This document shows, piece after piece, positions 36,078 through 50,118 of a stretch of DNA of 64,000 nucleotides. Source of the DNA: Azolla caroliniana (lineage: Eukaryota > Plantae > Polypodiophyta); contig JBHGNT010000008.1 of NCBI GenBank assembly GCA_043228905.1, positions 7,998,001 through 8,062,000 on the forward strand, in the 5' to 3' direction. The position numbers and the translations under genes were made by a program. Numbering within the stretch: the stretch's first letter is position 1; every line of letters begins with the position of its first letter. The notes below the pieces were generated by a model, which was not told where the DNA came from, made no database searches, and was given only the letters and a program-made list of their open reading frames with translations.

Positions 36078-36986
36078 TATGGAGTAATAGAGAGGTGAGA
36101 AAATTGGGTTTCAAACCCAAGATGTAGTGATGTAATTATAATAAAAGAGAGTGAGTTAGGATAAGCTAATTACAATAAATGAGAGAGAGAGATTGATTTG
36201 TGTAAGTGTAAATTTGTGTTTCAAGATTTTCCTTCATAAAAGAATTTAAAAAATTTTAGCCTAGATGAAAGATTATGGGCACTCACCTATTATGGATGAG
36301 TAAAATATAACCAAATACAAAGGTTATAAATTTTTGACAACCATGTATCCCCCACCAAATCAAATGATAAGTGTATTTTATAAAACACTTCATTTTATGA
36401 AATCATAATAACTATCATTTCATTCTCTCCTAATTAAATCTTTTACTCCACTTTTACTTGTTCAAGAAATTCATGGAACCAAAGACATCATTGTTGTCGA
36501 ACGAAATGAACTTATTAGCTAGAGTTTTCCAGCTCCAACCAAGGATCCGACAAAACACTTAAGAGAAGATAATGATAATTCCTCATCGAATAGTGATAAG
36601 GCAATTATCACATTAATGGAGATCATGTTCATTTTTGTTTCCAATTCGACAATAGATATATATGGACGACTTATGTAATTTTTTAATTCATGACACTTAT
36701 CAATGATTTCTTTTTACCAAATTCAGTTGTTTTAATCGACATTTTCGTTGTGAACGAGAGTGCTAACATGGAAAATAGGTTGAGGTTGAGTTTCAGAGAA
36801 CATGAGTATGAGTCGAAGAGTGAGAACATGAGTGTGAATGAGTCGAAGAACGAGGGTGTGATCTTTAATAACAAGAGAGAACACAAGAGAGCTGGGGAGA
36901 CAGAGAGAGCTTTAATTCCGACAAAAGTATCCTACTTATATATATATATATACACTAATCGTTGTTGGACATCGGTATGTGACACT

Positions 36987-37524
36987 TAACAATCGACAAC
37001 GGTTCGGTTTGAACCGAACTGAACCGCGAAACCGTGGTTTAACAGCTTAGTGGTTTCAACGGTTTGGTTTGGTTCGGTTCATGTTTAGGTTTTTATTAAC
37101 GGTTCAGTTCGGTTTCAACAGTAAAAACCCGCGGTTTAAACGGTTTAACGGTTTTTTATTTTTAAATTTTATTTTTAAATTTTATTTTTAAAAAATTTTA
37201 AAATTTAAAAAAAAAATTAATTTTAAAATTTGTTTTAAAACAATCTTTTCATTTTTAGACCTTACTCTCACATTTTAGGAATATCTTTAAAATTTTAAAC
37301 ATTTTTTAAAATGAAATATTATAAATTTTAAAAAATTAAAAATTAAAAATTTGACGTATGTTGAAAACCGAAACTGAACCACGAAACCGCAGTTTTTACG
37401 GCTTAATGGTTTAACGGTTTGAAAAATGTTTAACGGTTCGGTTTAATGGTTTCGTGGTTCAGGTTTCAAAAAATTTTAACGGTTTGGTTTGGACCCTCTC
37501 AAACCGAACCGTTGTCGATTGTTA
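36987..37524. mobile_element. hAT-type MITE (538 bp)
   Basis: Perfect 26-bp TIR TAACAATCGACAACGGTTCGGTTTGA; 8-bp TSD GTGACACT at 36979-36986 and 37525-37532; AT-rich core with subterminal AACGGTT repeats. Confidence 0.96.
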
Positions 37525-40500
37525 GTGACACTCCTCAATAAGTCATAGTGCGATGTGAAAATATCATCACACAACAATGTAGTGGCACTAGCAACGTTGT
37601 TAACTGCATAGCACAACGACAATACGGAAACGTCACAGTTAGTAACATGTTTTTACATCATTGACAACCTATTTTGTAGTATTGTTTAATCTTAACTTTT
37701 GCAAACCTATATTAGCATCATTAGTAGCACATGTCATTTGTAACCTAGAACTCAATATAATATAAATGAAGATTTATCATCTATTCTTATGTGAGTATGT
37801 ATTTAAATCATTATTAATTTTAACTCTCATTTTCAATTAAGTAAAGCTTACAATAACTATCAACATGCTACGTGCCAAGGAGAGGTTCAACAAAATCTCA
37901 TTCATGCCCTCTCATATCATGGCTTACAATCTGCTTAACAAGACCTAAGAGTACTACGTTGTCCACACATTGGTGAAATTATATATTCAACTAAAATGAT
38001 AGAAATCATGTAGCTCATTTTGACCTTATAAAATGTGCTCTAGATGTGGATAATGGTTGTTATAATTCTATCCATGCATGACCTTATGGATTCTAGCACA
38101 ATATGACCTTCATGAGGAAAGAAATTATTATTAGGAAGTCGACGACATCTCTCCACATGCTTGGCATATGCATATTGGACTTTTTTATAGCCAATATCTC
38201 TCAAGAAGGATAGTGTGAATTAAAAAAATGTAAATGAAGATTTGACCCATGGATTGAGATCTAAAACGAATGGTATGTAATGGATGATTTGGCGAAGTTA
38301 TGATAGGAGTGAAGGACCTACACTATAACCCCAAAACAAAAGCTCATCGATCAAAGGGAAGAAAATGGTTGTGAACAACTTTTTCAGGCAAATCATAATA
38401 TGAAAAGAACCTCCAAATATATATAGAGATGTTTGTTATTGAGGAAGAGACTTCTACCTACCTCAACACATTGTCAATGTCTAACTTTCAATATAATATG
38501 AAGCTTGTTTCACGATCATAGGATGTACCCCGCCTAATGAGTAAGCCCTCCATGGAGGAAATATGTTTGCCTAGTTAAAAATCATATACAAATGGTGCTT
38601 TTCCAATCCATGGAGGAATATTTGTCATTCATTTTCTATTGCAATCATATCGTTTGTTCTAAACTTAACCAAAAATCAGACTGAGAATCTAAAACGGTTA
38701 AACCATTTTCCTTACATAACAATACAATTTTGTATCATATGTAGTTTTTCTTTCACACCAAACAACAGTATCTTAGTGGGACATGGCTACAAAACATAAA
38801 TTAGAGAATATATGCCATAAAAAAGATATCGGTTGTTATGGAAAATCTTTTGTGATATTTTTCAATGAGATCTACAAAAATATTCTTACACATATTCAAA
38901 TTTCAAAATGTGTGCGAGCTTATTTCCTCATAATCACTTTTCTATGCTCGGTCAAAAAGCATAAAGCTCCTCTCTTGTTATTAACATGAAAATTAGCATT
39001 TAGCCACTTCGTCAGCTCCACAAAAACCAACATGAGAGTAACTTTTAAACCAGTAATTAGCAAACCTTGTTTTCTTAAAATAATCATAAACAACTGTTTT
39101 AAAACTAATCGAGTTCAATTTTAACCTATGTTTTGTAGAGATTTCATTTGTGTCATTTCTTGGGATCCTAAGCTAGACATTAGGACCAAGAGCATAAAAT
39201 GCAATGTGTAAAAACCAAGGGAAGGGCCAATTCCTCATGTTTTTGTTTTTATCTTAGTGTAAATTAAATTCCAATAATGACGGCAACACAAAATAATTTG
39301 TAACAAAAATCCATTTACTTTTACATTGGAAAAGCAAATTAATTTCATAAAAAAGAAAATCTAAAAACAAAAACAAAAAAAGCAAGAGAGAGAATGAGAG
39401 TTTTCTCTTTGTTCTATTTTCAGCTGTTTTGAGACGGCGCCGCCAAAACGGAGACACATGGCTGTAAGACGTGTCAAAGATCATCCAATAATTATTTGTC
39501 ACTTAAGCAGACTTTTTTTCTCCAAAAAAAACTCCTTCCATTAGTTATAAAGATTTTATAGATGAGATTATTATATACAAATCCCTATAGGGACACGATA
39601 GGTTCATCTTATGCCCACTGCCTCAAGAAAGGGAGAGGACAAGCATTGTTCGATGATTTATTTATTTATTTAGTGTTAATATAAATGTCCTTGTATTACG
39701 TGTTTGCCAATGAAGGGTTTAACACGTGTAAATAATCTTCGGGGGTCATTGTTTATTAAAATATATGTATGCTTTTTTTTACCTAAAAAATATATATACA
39801 ATGTCCAAAAAAACTCAAATTTATCATATGACTAAAATAACAGAAACGTAGGCAAAAAAAACCACCCCCCCCCAAAAAAAATATTTGGCATTAGGACCTT
39901 GGAAGAAAACATAATTGAGGTTTCAAGGACCGTTATGGAAATATCATCACCCCTGGTCCTTGCCTTGGTCATTTCTTTTGTATATAATACTCTTTGATTT
40001 TACATTTTGTAGCCCTCCGGCACTTTTCTTTTAGGAAATCTTTTTGGGAAAAAAAAACATAATTGAGGGAGCAAGATGAGAACCATGGGCTCATGTAAAA
40101 AACTCTCTTTCCAAACGAAAAAACAAAGATTGCTTGTTGTAGTTATTGCTCCTCTTTCTTCTCCTCCCCTGTTGTCCTCCTTTTCCTGTGAAGATTCCTT
40201 CACCCATCTCGCTTCGCACGTCGGAAGCTTTATCCTTGATGGTTCCTTTACATAGTGTCTTCTTTGAAATCAGGAATGTCATTGGTTCCTGGGAGATGTG
40301 AACATAAAAACCTCCACATATCACCTTGGAACTGAATCCTAAATAGTGATTTTGACTTCCTTCTCCTTCGTATTCCCCACCACCATCCGAGAATAGTTGT
40401 CATCCCCATTGGAATCCAAGATTCCTTAGTTGGTCGACGTGCTCGAAGAACAGTTAGTCAAAGCTTCTCTTGCATGTCTTTAGGCTTTTGCAACCATTCC

Positions 40501-43500
40501 CAATCTCCTCCTACGACTCAAGTAATGCCTTTTTCCTTGGTCCCAGTATCCCATTTTATTTTTATGAACTCAATCGATGCACATCTTCCCCAACCACAAT
40601 CCTCTTTGTCTCATCGATTCGGCTTTTTATGTGTTAGAACAATGGCTTCAAGACTTTATGTCCTTGTAATGAACTGTTGAGCCTCAATTATCCCGAATCC
40701 CATTATATACCATCATAAATCAATTAGTAAAAAGTTCGACATGGTTCTTCCTAGGAAAGATTGCAATGCCTTTCCTTTCTTTTCGTTTTCTTTTTCTTAA
40801 AGAGTGACTTTGTATGACTCAACGCTCCAGTTGAATCTTGGAAAAGTGAGAGGAAAAGAGTACCGTGCATATACGATCACTTGATATAGTTTATATAAAT
40901 AGGATAAAAAGTGGTTGATTGGATACATGAAATGTAAAACTCCTCCTTTCACTAAGACTTCTATCAATTGAACATAATTGTTTTCGTTCCAACCTGTAAA
41001 TGCAATCTTTCTATGGGACACCTATACATGTAAATAACCGTATAAGAAAGGATTATAAAAGCACCTTTTTCTGAACTCACATGATAGAGTTGTAGATGTA
41101 ACTTTCATGGTGACTCCCAATGCCTCGTTACCACCAACTAGGGCATAAAGTTATGGTATTGACTAATGTCACCATAAATTTGGCTACATTCAAGAAAGAT
41201 ATATAGGACACTCCCATATTCCGTAGAGAGTATTTGGGCCTACCCAAGGTGACGGTTGTTTGATGACTCCCTCAATATCCAACATGGAAGACTAATAACT
41301 TTAGTAAATTCCTATACATTGTGCATGGGAAATGTGTTCGTGCCACATAAAATACTTGCCTCATCAATTTTGCAACCTTTATACCCATCTACAAATGTTT
41401 TTTAATTATAATTGTAGCTACATGGCAACATAGAGTTACAAGAAAACATTAAAATGAATTATTAAAAAATGTAGGGTGAGTTTCGAGCTTAGGTGTTGGT
41501 ATAGAAATTGCAACTCAAATTAATCGAATGACAATATCCTCCATCATTTCACAAATGGTCACCACATCTTCCTTTCATTGGTTAAATATTTGTTGAAAGA
41601 CATCCTTCTCACATTAAGGTCCAATGCCAACGTTTTTAGGTATTCATGGACTTTACATATAATTCATGGTTCATATCAAGGCAAAATGAACTCTTGACAT
41701 ATTCTCGTGATTGCCAATGTGCATAATGCTTACATGCATACATGACGCATACGAAACTAGCGGATACGAGATAGATGACTAAACCATTTGACTTTGATAG
41801 ACTAGAAATTAGAAACAAAGAGACTAATAGTTGCAAATTTTATAGACTAGTCTAAATTGTGATAACACAATACTTGGACAATAACCCTCCCTAACATAAA
41901 AATTTACCTCATGGTGCATGGTGTCACAAATTCACATCATTATGAAGCGCATCATTCTATGAGCAAATATAGTTGTCAACTTAATATCTTTGCATTAATG
42001 CTTCATAGAGTTATTAAGACATTACGTAATGAATGTTGTTCATTAGTTTGTGATAGACCTACTTTGTAATAGTTTGTATTTAATATATCTTAGTTGCCAT
42101 AAGAAGTTAACAATTGTGTTTTAGTGACCCTCTCTAGTGTTACCATCTGATAGCTTCAAGAAATGTGCCACCCAAGTACTAAACAAAGAAGTAGAGTCTA
42201 GAACATGCATGAAGTGCAAACGATTTTATCTTTAATTTAAATAATTTATTTGTAGATATGGCATTCACAATGAAACACGTGACATCGATGTGAAATTTCG
42301 GCGCTCATATACTTGCATTAGTGTCTTGTTAAAGCTAAATTATGTGATAATGATTGTTATTTAATCTATTCTAATACGTAGTCCTAAATTTTATAATAGT
42401 TTTGTATTTCAACTAATGTCTATCACCATCAAAAGTATAGACTTAAAAGAATTTATTCTAAGAATCCAACATGTGGGATTATATTATCTCATGTATAATG
42501 ATGCCATGGAAAAGATTTCTCTCTATAGACAAGCATTAAGAGGTTCATTTGTACAACCTAGACCCAACTTCACTACTTATACTATAAGGAAACACATAAA
42601 TGCCTTGCTACATTGACTTTGAGATCATCTCTAAGTTTCAAAACTATAATAAAAGTAGAACATTATTTCGTCTAGCCTCTACTAGATTTCCACACATTCA
42701 TATAATAAAGTTGCACTGCAAAACTTTGAATGGACGACTTAATAATAAAAGGGAAGAACATGACCTAGAAAATAATCTTGGATCAACATTCGCATTGGAG
42801 GAATCAATGTTCTATCCTAACAATTGGTTAGCGTATTATCGAGAGTCTCGAAAACCAAGTCTAAATAAGAACATACACCTAGGCACAAATGAATGTGTGG
42901 ATGCCATGTGCTATACACAAATTATAATTTGGGAGATATATAATATAATAAAATCTTAGGCGTTTAGAGTTGAAGCAAAATCTCATTTGAGTTGTGTTCT
43001 TTAATAGAATATTGGCATTGACAAGTTTAACCAAACGTCAACTAACTTCTAAATTCTAATCAAGGCATAATGTTTTTTGACGAGTAAGGTTCTATACAAG
43101 GGAAGGTAATGGTGTCAAGGTCTAAGAAATACAACTATGACATTGGATATATGTAAGCCTCCGTGGTTTCAAATGTTTTTCGTAACACTCAAGTATAGGA
43201 CCAAAAAAAAGCTAAGAAGCATTCAACATAACGAATGAAAGTGCAAACCCTTGGACAACAAAAAGAATACAGAAAAGGGGCAAAGCCTCACAAACTGTGC
43301 CAGTGTTGGGGCATAATAATTCACTAAAATGCTTCAAATACACCTTTTTTTAACTTGCCGATTCTATAGGGGCGGGCAGAGCAAAATACCACGAAAAGAA
43401 ACATATTTTCAACTAGATTTCAAGAGCTAATTGCGGTAGAGAGATTGTAGATATTGTACTAAATGCCTACAAAATTTGTGGTATTAACTTGCAAAATGTA

Positions 43501-43714
43501 TGGGACGATAGTATAACATGAAGGACAAGAGAAGTGGAGGTGTGGGAAGGACGCAATCATGAATGTTCTTGAATGTGAATGAAGCCATGGGAACCAATGC
43601 AATAACGAAGAGAGAAACTTGAAGATGCTTCAAGGGGTGGGATGGTTCCATGTGTGCAAAAAATACACGATGGAAGACATATATTAAACCATGCGATATA
43701 ATAATGCATGGCAT

Positions 43715-44617
43715 TAGGTAGGGAATTCTAACGAAGGAGGAATCCAAAATTGCCGGTTGCAGCTAAGGTATGGTTAAATAATAATATTCCTATGCATTTA
43801 GTATTGGCGTTTTGGAAATGGTTGTGGGCTCTACAGATTCCTCGCAAAATCACTACATTTAGATGGTTATGTGTCATAGTGTCCACTATGCACTTCGAGT
43901 CTTGGAATGGATGCATAGGGAAGAGGGGACCAAAACTTGCTCTTTTTGTGGGTTTCATTTGGAATCAATACAACATGCCTTATGGAACTATATGGCTACA
44001 TGTTCTGTTTGGAAACGTATGTTGCGCCTCATTGATGTTGCGTATGGACCTAATGTGATTACATGGGGAATGTCTTTTGGATGGATATAAATGTGGATAA
44101 ACATAATTATGAAAGGGAAAAGATACTATTTACCCTTCAAACTAAGGGAAGGCAAGTTAAGGACATACCATATTTAAGCTCAAATCGGTTAAATGCGGAT
44201 GCCACAGTATGGGGCTATAATATCATCGGTGGTTTTGTGGAATATTTGGATAGATCGATGCAAAAATGTGTTTCAACAAATAAAACAAAATCCTGTTCAT
44301 TGTGTCAAAGAAATTTGGTCGATGCGTATCTCAATTTTAAAAGGTCAATATGACTCCTTCACTGGCAATGAAGATACCATTTTTCTGAAACAACAATCCT
44401 TTAAAGGCAAGTGGAAGGATTTGTTCGTCTTTGTGGAGAGAAATGACAAAATGGTTTGGCAATATGTACCCCCTCGAGGGTTGTTTCCTCCATAGGTGGA
44501 GTGTTAGTTTTAATTATGACATAGTGGGGGATATCATTATACGTTGATTGGATTGGTAATGGAAACTATGTATGGTGTAGTTTTGTTTAAAAAAATAAAA
44601 ATAAAAATAAAAATAAA
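43715..44617 (+). mobile_element. 5'-truncated LINE 3' end, related to the LINE at 25650
   Basis: AAKVW...PRKITTFRWL...CSFC...ESIQHALW...WQYVPP; (AAAAAT)n tail from 44589; possible TSD AATGCATGGCAT 43703-43714 / AATGGATGGCAT 44618-44629. Confidence 0.85.
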
Positions 44618-44778
44618 AATGGATGGCATAAAACCCCAAAAAATTGCAATAAAGACTCGTAAGAGCAAATATTGGGTCTTATTTTTGTTACAAATGATTG
44701 AAGGTGTTATGTATGTATATGATATAAGAGGAAAGTAAAAAAGAAGAAAGAAGCCAAGTAGTAGGAATGCAAATATAA

Positions 44779-44809
<31 letters not shown>

Positions 44810-44848
44810 TATCCCATACGAGGTAATGGTTGGGGGGGAGGGGTTGTC

Positions 44849-44855
44849 TATAAAA
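44849..44855 (+). promoter_or_regulatory. Probable TATA box of CYP78A
   Basis: TATAAAA about 220 bp upstream of the ATG, followed by a pyrimidine/CA-rich leader. Confidence 0.55.
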
Positions 44856-45070
44856 GGAAAAGGAAGGCCACACCCATCTTCTTGTAAGTCTCATGTTTCA
44901 ACACACAAACTCTCACACAAAATAAGACTAGGGTTCTTTCTTGCTCTCCTTAATTAAGGCTATCCATATACATACATACATACACACATTACCCCAAGGG
45001 GAGAGGTTTTATTTTATATTCAATCATTCAATCATAGAAGAGTGAAGTGAGTGAGTGAGAGTGTGTGACC

Positions 45071-46995
45071 ATGGAACCTCACCTTAACTTAGACCATCAC
45101 CATAGCACCACCACTACCACTAGCTACATCCTACTATATCTTCAACACTTCTACTCTACTACAACTCCTCCTCCCATTCCTACTACTACTACTACTACTA
45201 CATTATTCATCATTCAAGAGGGAGCAGGTGCATGGTGGCAACTCCTCATTCATCCCATTCTACAATTGCTCATCCTGGCACTCCTCCTCCTTGTGGCCGT
45301 AGCTACCGCGACCGTGTTACTCCATTGGTCCTCGCCCGGCGGCAATGCATGGGGTCGCCTCCGCTCCCGATCCCCTCATTCTCCCGGGCCCGCCGATAAA
45401 GAAGAAGAAGAAGGTAATAATGGGGAGATCATCCCGGGGCCCCGGGGCCTCCCGATCCTTGGCCACCTCCTTGTCCTCCGCCACCCTCTGGCCCACGTCC
45501 GCCTCTCCGCCCTGGCCGCCTCCGCCAATTGCCGCCGCCTCATGGCCTTCAGCCTGGGCCACACCCCCGCCGTCCTCACCTGCTCCCCACATGTCGCCAA
45601 GGAGATCCTTACCTCCCCTTCTTTTGCCGATCGCCCCGTCAAGGCCTCCGCCCGCCAGATGCTCTTCCACCGCGCCATCGGCTTCGCTTCCTACGGCCCC
45701 TACTGGCGGAACCTGCGCCGCGTGGCCGCCACCCATTTCTTCTCGCCGCGCCAGATCGCCGGCCACGAGTGGCTGAGGCAACGCAACACGTGCGAGATGA
45801 TGCGGAGGATGGACGAGTCCATGGAGAGGTGTGGGTGGGTTGGGGTTCGATCGCACCTGCAGCATGCCTCGCTCAGTAACATAATGGGCTCCGTCTTCGG
45901 CGTCAAGGATTACAGACATGACATGGATGATCTGGAGGCGATGGTGAGAGAAGGATTTGATCTGCTGGGGGAGGTGAACTTCAACGATCATTTGGAGTGG
46001 TTCTGGGCCTGGTTCGATCGGCGTAGCGCCGGGGTGGAGCGGCGGAGCAGGGCTCTGGCGGCTCGAGTGAAGGTCTTCGTGCAGAAGCTCATCGATGAGA
46101 AACGGCGGGCGGCGGCGGCGGAGGCTGGGCGATGGGACAAAGACCATCCTCCTCCCGCTGGCCAGTCGGATTTCATCGACGTATTGCTGTCGTTGAGCGA
46201 GGAGGAGAAGCTGTCGGATGAGGATATGATCGCGGTGCTCTGGGTAAGAGGGAAGGAATCAGTAGTAGTAACTCATCACAACTACTTACTGGACCCGTGA
46301 TCACACGTTATAGCTAAGATTTAGTAGTAAATCTAAATCTGGTGCGTAATTAAATGCAGGAGATGATATTCCGGGGCGCCGACACGACGGCCGTGCTGAC
46401 GGAGTGGATCCTGGCGGAGATGGTGCTGAATCCGGAGATTCAGAGGCGGGTGCAGGCGGAGCTCGAGGAGTACGTGGCGGAAGGTGGGGTGAGAAGCATA
46501 GCCGAGGCGGGGCTGGCGAGGCTACCATACCTGCAGGCGGTGATAAAGGAGTCGCTGCGCCTGCACCCGCCGGGGCCGCTGCTGTCGTGGGCGCGGCTGG
46601 CGGTGGCGGACGTGCACGTGGCGGGATACCGGGTGCCGGCGGGTACGACGGCGATGGTGAACATGTGGGCGATCACGCACGACGGAGAGGTGTGGGCGGA
46701 GGCGGAGTCGTTCAGGCCGGAGAGGTTCCTGGAGGAGGAGGTGGACGTGAGGGGCGGAGATCTGCGGCTGGCGCCGTTCGGGGCCGGGCGGCGCGTGTGC
46801 CCCGGCAGGGCCCTGGGCTACGCCACCGTCCAGCTCTGGGTGGCCAGCCTCCTCTACGCCTACACGTGGCAACCCCACCCCTCCCACCCCGTCCACCTCG
46901 CCGAGCACCTCAACCTCTCCTGCGAGATGAAGTGCCCCCTCCGCGCACGTGCCGTCCGCCGCCACGCCTCCTCCTCCTCCTCCTCCTCCACATAA
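45071..46995 (+). CDS. CYP78A: Cytochrome P450 CYP78A family (KLUH-like); exons 45071-46243 and 46360-46995; 602 aa
   Basis: [47 protein letters not shown]|EMIFRG.DT (GT-AG intron 46244-46359), [20 protein letters not shown], heme motif [10 protein letters not shown]; no stops. Confidence 0.96.
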
Positions 46996-49900
46996 CTCCT
47001 CCTGCTGTGCCCAACACACGGGTGGCGGATGGCCAAAAAAAAAAAATACACTACTACCCCCACCCTGCCAAAACCGCGCGCACGTGCTGCACATAATCAT
47101 CGCACGTGCGGGACGGAGATTTTTTGCAAATTCTCTATTTTCCACCCCCTCTTTTTCGCCTCTTTTTTTTTGTTTTTGGCCCTCGCACGCTAGCGAAATG
47201 GGCTTGGCCCACCCCCACCCCGCTCACGTGACACCACGCCACGTGTCACCCATCCCGCCATGTGCTCCTGCCATTTCTCTCCCTGTAGCGCTATTAGGTC
47301 TTCCTCCCACTCTTTTTGTAATGTAACACAAAAAATATTTGATTCATTCTCTTCCCAAAATTTCTTCTCATGGCTTACTTAAACACATTTTTATAATTGT
47401 CATTTGGCTACCTTTTCGCTATCGATTTGACTTTAATCGCCAAAACATTAATAATAATTGTTGTCATTGCCTACAATTTTCCTCCCACCACCACGACTAT
47501 TTGTGCGCCCTTGTAGTGTTTGTGCCTTAACCCGCCCAATTGGTGGAGAATTCGGAAGCACACCGCGTTTATTTTTCTTTATCCGTCCCTCTCGAATTTC
47601 CCTACTCTTGCGTTGGACAGCCTCTTAGTCAACCCAACAAACCCCCTTTGACTTCCTTCCACCTAAATGCCCTCACAATCAATCAAAGCCCCCCTTCCCC
47701 GAACAATCATATGTGTTTGCTTTTAGGTAATGCTAGTAGATCAATTAATTATATGGTTGATCCACCTATACTTTCTCTCTCTCTCTCTCTCTCTCTCTCG
47801 GGTTGACTATGAGTATTCATGGTAATAATGTAAGACTTTGTTTGGGGAGAGTGTTTAGTTTCAAGCAATGTTACTCGAGCAATTAATTATATGGTCGGTC
47901 AATCTACATCTCTTTTGAGGGTTGATTATGCCCATTCATGGGAAATAGATCAAAACCCCAATCGTATTTTGGAGATTTTCCCTCAAATGTACTATATAAA
48001 AAAGAAGAGCTATTGTATTCTCAAGTTGAGTGCCTTAATCGGCCAATGTAACACTATTGCAAGATCATGGATGTTTTCATGGAAAATATCATAAATTGAT
48101 ATGCATTTAGTAGAAACGTTCCATCAAATTTCTTGCCACATTTTATGTGCTTGCGATGTTTATAATGGGCATGTTTAGCAATTCTTTCCATGTTATACAA
48201 AATGAGGTCACCTTTTTGCTAAATATTATGTTGAAGATTTATTACAATGGGTATGTATATATGTTTATTGATTTGTTTCTTCTCCCTGCTCCAAACTCGT
48301 GGTATTATTTCTATCGTTTACTCATTTATTACTTCTCTTGAAACATCCAAGTCCAAGCTTGTGCCTAGTGAGAGTTTGGTACCCAACCATTGTTCTCATA
48401 AAACTAGCATGACTCAAGGATTGAACGTTCAAGTTGGGTTTGAAGTGTCATGATAAATGTACATGTACTCTAGAATAAGAGTCATACAATTGGAGTTGTG
48501 ATTTCTAATTTTAACCATCCGATGTGAGCTCAAATTGGAGGTTATATGAAAGATTTGATGTGTGTTCATCATCTATTGCCACATTGCGTGGTTGCTTTAT
48601 CTCAACACTATATACATGAATCAAGCTTTCGATTTGTGATGAATTGGAAATGTCTTGTTTGGTTTATGTTCTTTGAAGAATAGAAAATATCCACCTTTGT
48701 ATGTTATCATATCTCCAAAGAAAGGGCATTAACACAAATCCCTCTTGCCTCAACAACCTTCTATTAAAGAAATTGGGCTAGCGGGAAGTTTCGTAGTCTA
48801 GACAAGCATGGTATTGGTATAACTTGATGTTTCACAATGTTTAGAGGGTCAACTACTTCTCTTTTTATATCAATCACACACAATGACCCTAAGTAGTGGC
48901 GGCATGAATGTAATGCCTTCGAATGCACATGACCTAGTCTCATTTTTCATTTTTAGGTTTGTCCGCTTTGTGCATAATGAATACATCGTCTTTAACCACT
49001 TGTGTTCTAGACATGATCTTATAACCTTTTAGCTCTTAGTGTCTTTCTTTCTTCCCTTTTATAGTTAGTCCCTTACATGGGACAAATCCCCCCTCATCAA
49101 TGGTGTGTAAGTGGCGTAACATCGCTTAAATTGAGAACAAACTCTCATGTTTCATGCTTGTTGAGTTAGTGGGAGTATGAGATACATACAAGACTCTAGT
49201 AGGCCCATTACTAGAGTATTAGTTGGGAAGAGAGTCAAATGCTAGCCTTATCTTTGTTTACTTATTTGATTACGTCCTTTAATATAAGAATATTTTGGTT
49301 CTCCTCATCACACGTTCTAAGGTTGGTAGTTTCATAGGTTCTTCTTTTTCACCTTCCCATATAATCGAAAATGCATATGCGACTCAACAGACGACCAAAT
49401 CAATTTCTCGCATAGTTTGGGGCACAATTTAATACTCTTGGTAACCACATGTCGCATGTGACAAATGCTAATGTTGTGGACGACCTCAAACGAACAATTT
49501 AAACACATCATCAAACCCATTGCTCGGAACTTGAAGTAAACCTTTGCTTTGCAAGTACACCATCATGTACTTTATATATTTGATATTTTACATTTCAAAG
49601 GGTTTATGTTGTTAGAAGACTTCTTATTTATATTCAAGTATCTCAAAGTGTGTAGAAATCCAAGGAGTAGATGCTCTGAACATAATCAAGTAGCCATTCA
49701 TATTTAAAATGTTTGCCACTAAAATAAGGAAATTTCCCACCTTTCTAATAACCGTAGAATTTCAAGATTAGATATGTTTTGTTTGTTCAGATATGTCATT
49801 TGTTCTTCCAATTTTTTCTGAAGAATCTATATATGTATCTCAATGACTTTTCATTAATTTGAGATAATCGTTTATCAAATGATTACCCATGATTGGGAAT

Positions 49901-50118
49901 CTCGAAGAGAGCATGTTACACACCATATCTGTTTTATAATGTCATTATAGAATGCCTATGCAAGGTGCTTTAACTTCTTATGCCTTGATTATGTTGAAAG
50001 TTATCTAAAGTTGTACACCAAATTAGAGATGTGCACAATTTCAAATACTTTTTGACTCATTGCAATGAGGGAAATTTGTGCTACTTAATATAGAATACAT
50101 ATTCAAGTAGATAATATC

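Noticed and set aside
39435-39448. E2F-like site TTTGGCGG on minus
   Set aside because: Single 8-mer more than 5 kb from the gene; expected by chance.
40000-43400. Short ORFs in the AT-rich intergenic region
   Set aside because: No recognisable motifs; possibly very old TE debris but not supportable.
45317-47145. Long antisense and alternate-frame ORFs over CYP78A
   Set aside because: Expected from very high third-position GC; low-complexity products.
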